This document shows, in pieces, positions 30,643-38,762 of a DNA stretch of 64,000 nucleotides. Every line of letters begins with the position of its first letter. The stretch's first letter is position 1. The notes below the pieces were generated by a model. That model did not search any database, was not told where the DNA came from, and was given only the letters and a program-made list of their open reading frames with translations. This DNA is from an uncultured SAR86 cluster bacterium (GTDB lineage: Bacteria; Pseudomonadota; Gammaproteobacteria; Magnimaribacterales; AG-339-G14), in contig CACDKN010000001.1 in the NCBI GenBank assembly GCA_902553315.1, forward strand, positions 19,641 through 83,640, read 5' to 3'. A program made the translations under genes and the position numbers.

Positions 30643-31492
30643 CTCCAGGAAGAAGTCCCACCATTTTTCCATCTTTCATAAAAAACTTTGGCTCAATACA
30701 TGAAACTTCGTTTTGATAATTTATTTTAGCTTCCATAAGATCCTGAGTGTTAGAAAAACCTTCTATCGATTCTAAATTTTTAATTGTAGGGAGAATTATT
30801 GGAAATTCTCCTTTCTTTCCCTTTTCTAAAGCGCTTTCAGGTGAAATCCAAATGCTTTCAACACCTTCTCCTCCGTCGTGTTCAGCAATTTGTTTTTCTG
30901 GAGCTAAAGCAATAAAGAATCTAGTGCTGTAGCGTCTCATTTCAAATTTCGGAGTGACCCAATGAGAAATATAAGCCAGTCTATCAACTGCTAATCTTAG
31001 CTTTAAAATTCCACACAATTTGTACAATACGGGCTTGCCCTCGTTTAGAAGATTTCTGTATTCATTAAGAATCTTTAATTCATCGCTATTGGGGTCGTCA
31101 AAAAGGTCTCCATTTTCTCTATAGGCTAAAAGCACTCCACATTCTTCAAAACATTCTCTGATACAAGCAACCCAATAGTTCAAACCGCCTTTTTCAATCC
31201 CTAAGATCTGGGAAGCCATTTCGTCGGTGAGACCATAACAAAATTTATTAGATTCATCAGTGCCATCTTCCTCATCAAGTTTTCCACCCGGAAAAACCCA
31301 TGCATTGCCAAAATTGGTCTTAGCGTTTCTTTGAATCATGAAAACTTCAACTTCGTCTTTTGGCGCCCTGACAAGTAGAACTGTAGCAGCTGGTCTAGGC
31401 TCAGCAGGTTCTTCACCTGAGCCTTTTTTTATGTTTATCGAAGATTCATATTTCTCCGGGAAAGGAGGCTTAGAACTAGATTCTTCAGACAT
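30620..31492 (-). CDS. NUDIX hydrolase with an interrupted Nudix box (possible CoA diphosphatase)
   Basis: 290 aa. FPGGKLDEEDG is separated by about 50 aa from the RECFEECGVLL part of the Nudix signature (REUxEExGU). Confidence 0.75.
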   Translation of the reverse strand: MSEESSSKPPFPEKYESSINIKKGSGEEPAEPRPAATVLLVRAPKDEVEVFMIQRNAKTNFGNAWVFPGGKLDEEDGTDESNKFCYGLTDEMASQILGIEKGGLNYWVACIRECFEECGVLLAYRENGDLFDDPNSDELKILNEYRNLLNEGKPVLYKLCGILKLRLAVDRLAYISHWVTPKFEMRRYSTRFFIALAPEKQIAEHDGGEGVESIWISPESALEKGKKGEFPIILPTIKNLESIEGFSNTQDLMEAKINYQNEVSCIEPKFFMKDGKMVGLLPGDEGYEDH

Positions 31493-31494
31493 AG

Positions 31495-32472
31495 TTAAGC
31501 AACAAATTTTGAAAGTCTACTCTTGATGATTTCTTCGGCATCAGAGACTATTCTTTCAACTAAATCCTTACATGTTGGTACATCGTGAATTAATCCAGCA
31601 ACCATCCCGCAGCTCCAAGCCCCAGCATCCATGGTTCCTTCCTGCATGATTTTTGGATAAACCCCTGCAACTTCTTCTATGATGTCTGTAATCTGAATTT
31701 CGTCACCAAGAGCTTTTTCTTTTTCTAAAATTTTATTCACTGCGCCATTTGCTAAAACTCTTTCAGTATTTCGCAAAGGTCTCATAATGAGTTCGGTATC
31801 CAATTCTGAAGCAGCAACTAAAGCGTCTTTTACATTTTGATGCACTGGAGCCTCTTTGGTTGCAATGAATCTAGTTCCCATGTTAATTCCATCCGCTCCC
31901 ATTGATAATGCTGCAGCAAGTTGCTGTCCGTTTCCCATTCCTCCTGACGCAACAAAAGGAATAGATAATTCTTCTGCAGCTCTTGGCAAGAGGATCATAT
32001 TTGGAATGTCATCTTCTCCTGGATGACCACCACATTCAAAACCATCAACACTGACAGCGTCACAACCAATTTTTTCAGCTTTTAGAGAATGTCTCACTGA
32101 TGTACATTTATGGATGACTTTAATTCCAGCTCCTTTCAAATCAGGCATGTAAGCTTCTGGACTTCTACCAGCAGTCTCAACAATTTTTACTCCTCCTTTA
32201 ACAATAGCTTCGATGTAACCAGGATAGTCAGGCTCTTCAAACCCAGGCAAGAAGGTCAAATTGACTCCAAAAGGTTTATCCGTCATTTCATGACATTTCG
32301 CGATTTCTTTAGCCAAATCATCCGGAGTCTTTTGTGTTAAGCCTGTAATAATTCCAAGCCCGCCAGCATTAGCGACCGCAGAAGCCATCTCTGCAAAACC
32401 AACATAATGCATTCCTCCTTGAATAATTGGATGTTCAATTTCAAACATTTCGGTAATTTTTGTTTTGATCAT
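31495..32472 (-). CDS. nitronate monooxygenase / NAD(P)H-dependent flavin oxidoreductase (FabK-like)
   Basis: 325 aa. TIM-barrel FMN motifs: PIIQGGM, GVNLTF, ASGGMGNGQQLAAALSMGADGINMGTRF. Confidence 0.85.
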   Translation of the reverse strand: MIKTKITEMFEIEHPIIQGGMHYVGFAEMASAVANAGGLGIITGLTQKTPDDLAKEIAKCHEMTDKPFGVNLTFLPGFEEPDYPGYIEAIVKGGVKIVETAGRSPEAYMPDLKGAGIKVIHKCTSVRHSLKAEKIGCDAVSVDGFECGGHPGEDDIPNMILLPRAAEELSIPFVASGGMGNGQQLAAALSMGADGINMGTRFIATKEAPVHQNVKDALVAASELDTELIMRPLRNTERVLANGAVNKILEKEKALGDEIQITDIIEEVAGVYPKIMQEGTMDAGAWSCGMVAGLIHDVPTCKDLVERIVSDAEEIIKSRLSKFVA

Positions 32473-32579
32473 TTTCCTCTCCTTTAAAAATAATTTAATC
32501 TACGTACTCTATCTCTTTCCTAGCCCTTTTAGCAATGAGAAGATAACAAAAAAACAAAATTTTTTTAGGACTTTAACTG

Positions 32580-33422
32580 ATGAAACCGCGAAACATAAAA
32601 ACAGAAACCTTGATGAAAAAATTATCAAGAAATCCTGATTCACACAAAGGAGATTATGGTCATCTTTTGGTTATCGCGGGTAATCTTGGCTTCGGAGGAG
32701 CAGCTCTTCTCTCTTCTAAAGCCGCCATGAAAAGTGGTGCTGGTCTTGTTTCTTTAGCAACTAGGTCAGATCATTTACAGGCGGCGTTGAGTTTTTGTCC
32801 GGAAGTAATGACTAAAAAAGTAGACACAGGACAGACTTTAGAGAATTATTTGAACTTACCTTCTGTTGTTTGTCTTGGTCCAGGATTAGGAAAAGACTAT
32901 TGGAGTGAACAGATGATTTTTAAGTCGATCGAAAACGCTTATAGAAGAAATATTCCCATGTTGATTGACGCTGACGGATTGAATTTACTACCTAAGTTTT
33001 TTAAAAAACTAAAATTACCGAAGAAAATTATCTTAACTCCTCACTTGGGAGAGGCTGCAGCTTTGTTAAATACCTCTGTTGAAGCAATAAAGAAGAATAA
33101 AGTTTCAGCTGCAAAGCGAATATCCAAAAAATTTAATGCCGTTGTAGTTCTTAAGAGTCATCAGACATTAATTTGTAAAGGAGAAAATATCTGTATCTGC
33201 GATAGAGCTAATCCCGGCATGGCAACAGCAGGCATGGGAGATGTGCTTAGCGGCATTGTAAGTAGCCTAGTTGCTCAAAAATTAAACTTATTTGATGCTT
33301 CGTGTTTAGGAGTTGAATTGCACTCTTTAGCCGGCGAAGCATACGCCAAAAAATTTAATCAACTTTCATTAATGCCAACCGATATTATTGACTTTCTACC
33401 CAGCATTATTGATGAATTTTAA
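32580..33422 (+). CDS. nnrD: ADP-dependent NAD(P)H-hydrate dehydratase (YjeF C-terminal domain only)
   Basis: 280 aa. Motifs HKGDYGHLLVIAG, LIDADGLN, ILTPHLGEAA and GMGDVLSG. There is no N-terminal epimerase domain. Confidence 0.85.
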   Translation: MKPRNIKTETLMKKLSRNPDSHKGDYGHLLVIAGNLGFGGAALLSSKAAMKSGAGLVSLATRSDHLQAALSFCPEVMTKKVDTGQTLENYLNLPSVVCLGPGLGKDYWSEQMIFKSIENAYRRNIPMLIDADGLNLLPKFFKKLKLPKKIILTPHLGEAAALLNTSVEAIKKNKVSAAKRISKKFNAVVVLKSHQTLICKGENICICDRANPGMATAGMGDVLSGIVSSLVAQKLNLFDASCLGVELHSLAGEAYAKKFNQLSLMPTDIIDFLPSIIDEF

Positions 33423-33858
33423 TAAAAAAATAATCCTAAATTCATTGGATGATACTGCAGATATTGCTAAAGAAATTGCTAGTAAGCTTGAAAAATATCC
33501 AAAAAATAAGGCATCAATTATCTTTTTAGAGGGTGATCTGGGTACAGGTAAAACAACTCTTGTAAAAGAAATTTTAAAATCTCTTGGATTATCTGAGCCC
33601 GTAACTAGTCCAACATTCACAATTATTGAACCTTACTTAATAAAAGATAAAAAAATTTATCATATTGATCTATATAGAATTGAAAGTAGAAAAGAGTTGG
33701 AAGTCCTTGGCATTGAGGAATATTCAGCGGAAAAAGATTGTTTAATATTTATAGAATGGCCTGAGAAGGCTGAAGGATTTTTCAGTGAATACGATCTTAA
33801 GATCCGTTTAAGTCATATTAACGAGTTTTCCAGAGAATTGATTATCGAGAAATCTTAA
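33412..33858 (+). CDS. tsaE: tRNA t6A37 biosynthesis ATPase TsaE
   Basis: P-loop LEGDLGTGKTT, then SPTFTI and HIDLYR. I use the ATG at 33412 (MNFNKKII...), which overlaps the nnrD stop by 11 nt. Confidence 0.88.
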   Translation: MNFNKKIILNSLDDTADIAKEIASKLEKYPKNKASIIFLEGDLGTGKTTLVKEILKSLGLSEPVTSPTFTIIEPYLIKDKKIYHIDLYRIESRKELEVLGIEEYSAEKDCLIFIEWPEKAEGFFSEYDLKIRLSHINEFSRELIIEKS

Positions 33859-33866
33859 AATTTTAT

Positions 33867-34256
33867 TTAAGTCTTTAAAACTTCTTCTATTCCTTTGATT
33901 GAAATTAACATTCCATGATGAACTGCTTCAGAAAAAATCTCAGGTTTAATCTCAGTGGTCCACAGTAATTCGCAACTATTATTATCCAACTTAATTACTC
34001 GCATTGTCGCAAGATGATGCTCTATAGGATTGGGTGTTTCGACAGCAGAATATTGTAATTCCATATTTACATTGTCTAGAGACAATATATTTTCTCTTAC
34101 TTTCCCAATGCCTTCCATTTCAAACGTTCTAGAGACGCCTTCTAAGGAAATTTTTTCAACACTTGGAACCCAATCACATCTTGAAACATCAGAAAGGATT
34201 TCCCAAAGCTCCTCAGCTGGGCAAGCAAAAACTTTTGATTCCGAGAGAACTTTCAA
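33867..34256 (-). CDS. SRPBCC (START/Bet v1-like, polyketide cyclase-type) family protein
   Basis: 129 aa. Size and sequence pattern (W..ISD...W.P.V, alternating beta strands, C-terminal helix) fit SRPBCC. It lies 4 nt upstream of the thiolase gene. Confidence 0.5.
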   Translation of the reverse strand: MKVLSESKVFACPAEELWEILSDVSRCDWVPSVEKISLEGVSRTFEMEGIGKVRENILSLDNVNMELQYSAVETPNPIEHHLATMRVIKLDNNSCELLWTTEIKPEIFSEAVHHGMLISIKGIEEVLKT

Positions 34257-34260
34257 TACT

Positions 34261-35439
34261 TTAGCTTAATCTTTCTATCACCATCGCGTTGGCTGTTCCA
34301 CCACCCTCGCATATGGCTTGAAGACCATACTTGCCATCTCTTCTCTCAAGCTCATGGAGTAATGTAGTCATCAATTTAGCCCCAGTTCCTCCTAGCGGAT
34401 GTCCCAAAGCCATTGCTCCACCATTGACATTAAGCCTTTCTTTATCTGCTTTTAACTCGTGAGCCCAGGCTAAAGGAACTGGAGCAAAAGCTTCATTAAC
34501 TTCATAAATGTCTATATCACTTATGGATAAGTTTGCTTTTTCCAAAACACTCTTTGAAGCTGGAATTGGTCCAGTCAACATTATCACCGGGTCATCTCCC
34601 GCAAGTGCCAAGGAAACGATTTTTGCCCTAGGTTGAATTCCCAACTTCTTTAATCCTGCATCGTTAACTATCATTACTGCAGCTGCACCGTCACAAATCT
34701 GACTTGAACTTCCAGCTGTAAGAACTCCGTCCTCAGATAATGTTTTTAAACCCGAAAGACTTTCTAAGGAAGCATCAAATCTTATACCCTCATCTACTGT
34801 GACCATTTCTTTTTCCCCTGAAGGCAAATCACCTTCCACAGGAACGATTTCTTTGTCAAAAAAGCCTGACTCAGTTGCCGCAATGGCTTTTTTGTGACTT
34901 GCGTAAGCAAAAGTATCCAAATCATCACGAGAAAATTTCCATCTTTTTGCCATCATCTCAGCTCCAGCGAATTGGCTAAATTGAACGCCAGGATATCTCT
35001 CCGTCATGCCTTTTCCATTAAATGGTTGTCCATGTCCTTCTTTGAAACTGTCAATAATATTCGAGCCTATTGGAACTTGACTCATTACCTCTACTCCTCC
35101 AGCAATAACTATGTCTTGAGTTTCTGACATAACAGCTTGAGCTGCAAAGTGAATTGCTTGTTGTGATGAGCCGCACTGACGGTCGACAGAAGTACCAGGT
35201 ACTGACTCTGGTAGTTTAGAACTTAAAACAGCGTTTCTTGCAACGTTTCCTGCTTGAGCTCCAGATTGGCTAACGCAACCAAATATTACGTCATCTATCA
35301 TTTCACCTTTCGCGCCTGTTCTTTCAACTAACTCATCTAAAACTAAAGCTCCTAAATCGGAGGGATGCCAATTTTTTAACTTTCCATCTTTTTTTCCGCC
35401 AGGTGTTCTTACTGCACCAACAATATAAGCGTTACCCAT
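34261..35439 (-). CDS. acetyl-CoA C-acyl/acetyltransferase (thiolase)
   Basis: 392 aa. It has the active-site Cys region VDRQCGSSQQAI and C-terminal motifs NVNGGAMALGHPLGGTG and CEGGGTANA. Confidence 0.93.
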   Translation of the reverse strand: MGNAYIVGAVRTPGGKKDGKLKNWHPSDLGALVLDELVERTGAKGEMIDDVIFGCVSQSGAQAGNVARNAVLSSKLPESVPGTSVDRQCGSSQQAIHFAAQAVMSETQDIVIAGGVEVMSQVPIGSNIIDSFKEGHGQPFNGKGMTERYPGVQFSQFAGAEMMAKRWKFSRDDLDTFAYASHKKAIAATESGFFDKEIVPVEGDLPSGEKEMVTVDEGIRFDASLESLSGLKTLSEDGVLTAGSSSQICDGAAAVMIVNDAGLKKLGIQPRAKIVSLALAGDDPVIMLTGPIPASKSVLEKANLSISDIDIYEVNEAFAPVPLAWAHELKADKERLNVNGGAMALGHPLGGTGAKLMTTLLHELERRDGKYGLQAICEGGGTANAMVIERLS

Positions 35440-35496
35440 AATTTTCTCCTTATCTTTTAAATTGAGTATTTTCTAGAGAGTTATTCTATCCATTTT

Positions 35497-35874
35497 TTAA
35501 TCTTTAATTAACCCCAAAACCTGTTTTATATTAGGTTTGAAATATGACTCGGGCTTCATAATTTTCCCTTTTTCATTTTTTATTGCTTTTCCATCAACGA
35601 ACTTACTCATGTTAGATGCCTTTACTTCTTGCCAAACTTTTTCAAAATTTATACCGCAGCTATTGCACATACCCATTATTACCCAAACCATGTCGATCAG
35701 TCCGTCTGCTAATTCAATAATATCTTTGTTCTCAAAAGCTTCGATTGTTTCCTTATATTCTTCGGTGATTAAGTTCACATAAAGATTGGCTTCTTTGGAA
35801 TCAATAGACAACTCTTTACTAATTGGCTGATCACCAGCTCTCATAAATTTTTCAACATCGCTTTGATAAGACAT
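35497..35874 (-). CDS. MazG-like all-alpha nucleoside triphosphate pyrophosphohydrolase
   Basis: 125 aa. Metal-binding helix pattern EEYKETIEA ... ELADGLIDMVWV (an EExxE...D signature). It is small, standalone and of a type common in phages. Confidence 0.6.
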   Translation of the reverse strand: MSYQSDVEKFMRAGDQPISKELSIDSKEANLYVNLITEEYKETIEAFENKDIIELADGLIDMVWVIMGMCNSCGINFEKVWQEVKASNMSKFVDGKAIKNEKGKIMKPESYFKPNIKQVLGLIKD

Positions 35875-35908
35875 AAGATTCCTCCCTACAAATTAGAATC
35901 AATAATTG

Positions 35909-36376
35909 ATGTTATCAGAAATAGTCGATAGGCTTACTTCGATGGAAATAAAACTTAAAGATGGCAGTTTTTATGAGGTAAAAGAAAGTGACCTTATCGC
36001 ATGGAGTAGAACTTATAAAGATTGTAATGTTTTTCATGAGGTAAAAGCTGCAGCAGAATGGTGTGAGGCAAACCCATCAAGACGTAAAACTCTGAGAGGT
36101 GTCAAAAGATTTCTCAATGCTTGGCTTTCAAAGGCACATAAGTTGAAAGGTAGTCCTCTAAGCTTTAACCAAAAGGAGGACCATTCTAATATAGAAGAAT
36201 CTTTGAATGACATTTCTTGGGTTCCAGAACATGAAAGAAAAGAGACGTCTAAATGGTATTTATCATCTAAAGGTTTTTATTATCTAAATGGAAAAAAATA
36301 TACTGAAGTTTATGGAGCTAAAAAGGTCGTAAGCATTTCTGATAAAAGATTAAAAAAACAATCTAAGAAACCCTAA
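35909..36376 (+). CDS. hypothetical protein with a phage-type conserved N-terminal domain
   Basis: 155 aa from the ATG at 35909. The pattern LKDGSFYEV..SDLIAW...Y.D.NV..EV...AEWCEANPSRRKTLRGVKRFLNAWLSKA matches a motif I recall from lambdoid and other phage replication-region proteins (..dGs.y.v......W...Yp.vDv..el.....Wl.aNp.rRKT.rGi.rFi..WL). The C-terminus is basic. Confidence 0.45.
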   Translation: MLSEIVDRLTSMEIKLKDGSFYEVKESDLIAWSRTYKDCNVFHEVKAAAEWCEANPSRRKTLRGVKRFLNAWLSKAHKLKGSPLSFNQKEDHSNIEESLNDISWVPEHERKETSKWYLSSKGFYYLNGKKYTEVYGAKKVVSISDKRLKKQSKKP

Positions 36377-36432
36377 AATTATATTTCTTCAAAAAAAAAG
36401 TTCTGATATCATTCGCGCTCTAAACTAAGATT

Positions 36433-36909
36433 ATGAAAAAAGGAATTCATCCAGAATATAGACAGGTACTTTTCCATGACGTTAGCGTTGACGAATACTT
36501 TTTGATTCCGTCTACTTTAAGCACAGATCAAACTAAAGAATGGAAAGATGGAAAAACTTACCCGTATTGCCCTTTAGATGTCTCTTCTGCCTCTCACCCT
36601 TTTTATACTGGCCAGCAAAAAATTATTGATACAGGAGGAAGAGTAGACAGATTTAAGAAAAGATTCGCTAAAAAGGGAGCGTCAAAGATAGAGACAAATA
36701 ATCCAACAAACAAAGAAACCCAAGATCAGGTTTCTGAGAATGCAGAAGCTGAGACTTCTTCAAAATCAGAAAAAATGGACGTCAACGAAACTCAAAAAGA
36801 AGATGCAATCCTTGACGTAAAAGAAGAAATTTCTAAAGAAGCTAAATCTGATGCGACTGAAATTCCAACAGAAGAAACTGTTGAAGAAAAAAATCCAAAA
36901 GACAAATAA
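36433..36909 (+). CDS. rpmE2: 50S ribosomal protein L31 type B (no zinc ribbon) with a long charged C-terminal tail
   Basis: 158 aa. Residues 1-82 are colinear with E. coli YkgM (IHPEYR.V.FHD.SVDEYF.I.ST...D....DG.TYPY...DVSS.SHPFYTG) and lack the CxxC pair. Residues 83-158 are D/E/K/T/S-rich. Confidence 0.88.
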   Translation: MKKGIHPEYRQVLFHDVSVDEYFLIPSTLSTDQTKEWKDGKTYPYCPLDVSSASHPFYTGQQKIIDTGGRVDRFKKRFAKKGASKIETNNPTNKETQDQVSENAEAETSSKSEKMDVNETQKEDAILDVKEEISKEAKSDATEIPTEETVEEKNPKDK

Positions 36910-36974
36910 TAAATCTTAATTAATTCTTAGCAAAGTTATTCGTACTTAGAACATTCTTTGGACTAAAAACTTAT

Positions 36975-38762
36975 ATGAATCCAAAAGATATTAGAAATAT
37001 TGCAATTATTGCCCATGTCGATCATGGAAAGACGACATTGGTTGATAAATTATTGCAGCAATCTGGAACCCTAAATAGAAAAGATATTGGTTCAGAGAGG
37101 ATCATGGATTCCAATGATCAAGAAAAAGAAAGAGGCATTACAATCCTTGCTAAAAATACAGCAATAAAATGGAAGGATCATAAAATAAATATTGTTGATA
37201 CTCCTGGTCACGCCGACTTTGGCGGAGAAGTCGAAAGAGTATTATCTATGGTAGATTCTGTGCTTCTTCTAGTAGATGCTGTCGACGGTCCAATGCCTCA
37301 AACGAGATTTGTCACTGAAAAGGCATTTGAGCAAGGTTTAAATCCTATTTTAGTTATAAATAAAATTGATAGACCTGGAGCCAGACCGGATTGGGTTTTA
37401 GATCAGGTATTTGATCTTTTTGATAGGCTTGGTGGCAACGACACTCAGATGGATTTTCCTGTTATCTATTCTTCTGCGTTAAATGGAGTGGCAGGCAACG
37501 AACTTGAAGATATTAGAGAAGATATGTCTCCTCTTTTAGATTTGGTATTAGAAAAAGTAAGCCCTCCTGAAGTAGATACTGAAAAGCCTTTTCAAATGCA
37601 GATAAGTGCTTTGGATAGCAATAGTTATGTGGGTGTAATTGGTATTGGGAGAATTACCTGCGGAAAATTAAAACCAAACGATCAAGTAGTTGTTATTGAC
37701 GCTCATGAAAAACAAAGAAAGGGAAAGATTTTACAAGTTATGAGTCATGATGGACTGGAAAGAATAGAAGTTTCTGAAGCAGAAGCAGGAGATATTGTTT
37801 GTATCACTGGAATAGAAAATTTGTACATTTCGGATACCTTATGCGATCCATTAAAAATTGAAGCCCTGCCCCCTTTATCGGTAGACGAGCCAACAGTAAG
37901 TATGACCTTTCAAGTAAATGATTCGCCCTTTGCAGGACAAGAAGGAAAATTTGTCACTTCAAGAAATATAAAGGAACGGCTCGAGCAAGAATTGCTAAGT
38001 AATGTTGCCCTTCGAGTTGAACCAGGAGATTCATCAGATAAATTTAAAGTTTCTGGAAGAGGAGAACTACATTTATCTGTCTTAATAGAAAGCATGAGGA
38101 GAGATGGTTTTGAATTAGGCGTATCAAAACCTGAAGTAATACAAAAAGAAGTTAATGGAGAGATTCACGAGCCCTTTGAACAAATTGTTATTGACCTAGA
38201 AGAAGAACATCAAGGCTCAATAATGGAAGAAATGGGTTTAAGAAAAGCTGAGCTTAAAAATATGGAGCCGGATGGAAAAGGAAGAATAAAGCTCGAATTT
38301 ATTGCACCTTCCAGAGGAATGATTGGATTCAGATCACACTTTTTAACTCTCACTAGTGGCTCAGGAATTTTAACAAGCGTTTTTGATCATTATGGTCCTG
38401 CAAAAAAAGGTGAAGTAACTAATAGACAAAATGGAGTTTTAGTTTCAATGACAAATGGTAAAACTTTATCTTACTCCTTATTCAATTTACAAAATCGAGG
38501 TAAATTATTTGTTGGTCATGGATTGGATATCTACAAAGGACAAATTGTTGGCCTTCACTCTAGAGACAACGACCTTCCTGTAAATCCAACCAAAGCAAAA
38601 CAACTTACTAATGTAAGAGCATCTGGAACGGATGAGAATTTAATTTTAACCCCTCATATTCAGCATTCCTTGGAACAAGCTCTTGAATTCATAGAGGAAG
38701 ATGAACTTGTTGAAGTTACTCCTAGTGCAATAAGACTTAGAAAAAAAACTTTTACTTTTTAA
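36975..38762 (+). CDS. typA: translational GTPase TypA/BipA
   Basis: 595 aa. G motifs AHVDHGKTT, DTPGH and NKID. The overall layout is BipA-like. Confidence 0.95.
   Translation: MNPKDIRNIAIIAHVDHGKTTLVDKLLQQSGTLNRKDIGSERIMDSNDQEKERGITILAKNTAIKWKDHKINIVDTPGHADFGGEVERVLSMVDSVLLLVDAVDGPMPQTRFVTEKAFEQGLNPILVINKIDRPGARPDWVLDQVFDLFDRLGGNDTQMDFPVIYSSALNGVAGNELEDIREDMSPLLDLVLEKVSPPEVDTEKPFQMQISALDSNSYVGVIGIGRITCGKLKPNDQVVVIDAHEKQRKGKILQVMSHDGLERIEVSEAEAGDIVCITGIENLYISDTLCDPLKIEALPPLSVDEPTVSMTFQVNDSPFAGQEGKFVTSRNIKERLEQELLSNVALRVEPGDSSDKFKVSGRGELHLSVLIESMRRDGFELGVSKPEVIQKEVNGEIHEPFEQIVIDLEEEHQGSIMEEMGLRKAELKNMEPDGKGRIKLEFIAPSRGMIGFRSHFLTLTSGSGILTSVFDHYGPAKKGEVTNRQNGVLVSMTNGKTLSYSLFNLQNRGKLFVGHGLDIYKGQIVGLHSRDNDLPVNPTKAKQLTNVRASGTDENLILTPHIQHSLEQALEFIEEDELVEVTPSAIRLRKKTFTF

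Noticed and set aside
30643-30672. 53-nt overlap between the MBL hydrolase ORF and the NUDIX gene, considered as a possible frameshift or pseudogene
   Set aside because: Both reading frames are intact with complete motif sets. In-frame ATGs at 30642 and 30633 shorten the overlap to values typical for this genome.
36377-36432. A Zur box upstream of rpmE2 (L31 type B)
   Set aside because: I could not find an AT-rich palindrome resembling GAAATGTTATAATATAACATTTC. Only a short GATATC centre is present, which is not enough to call a site.
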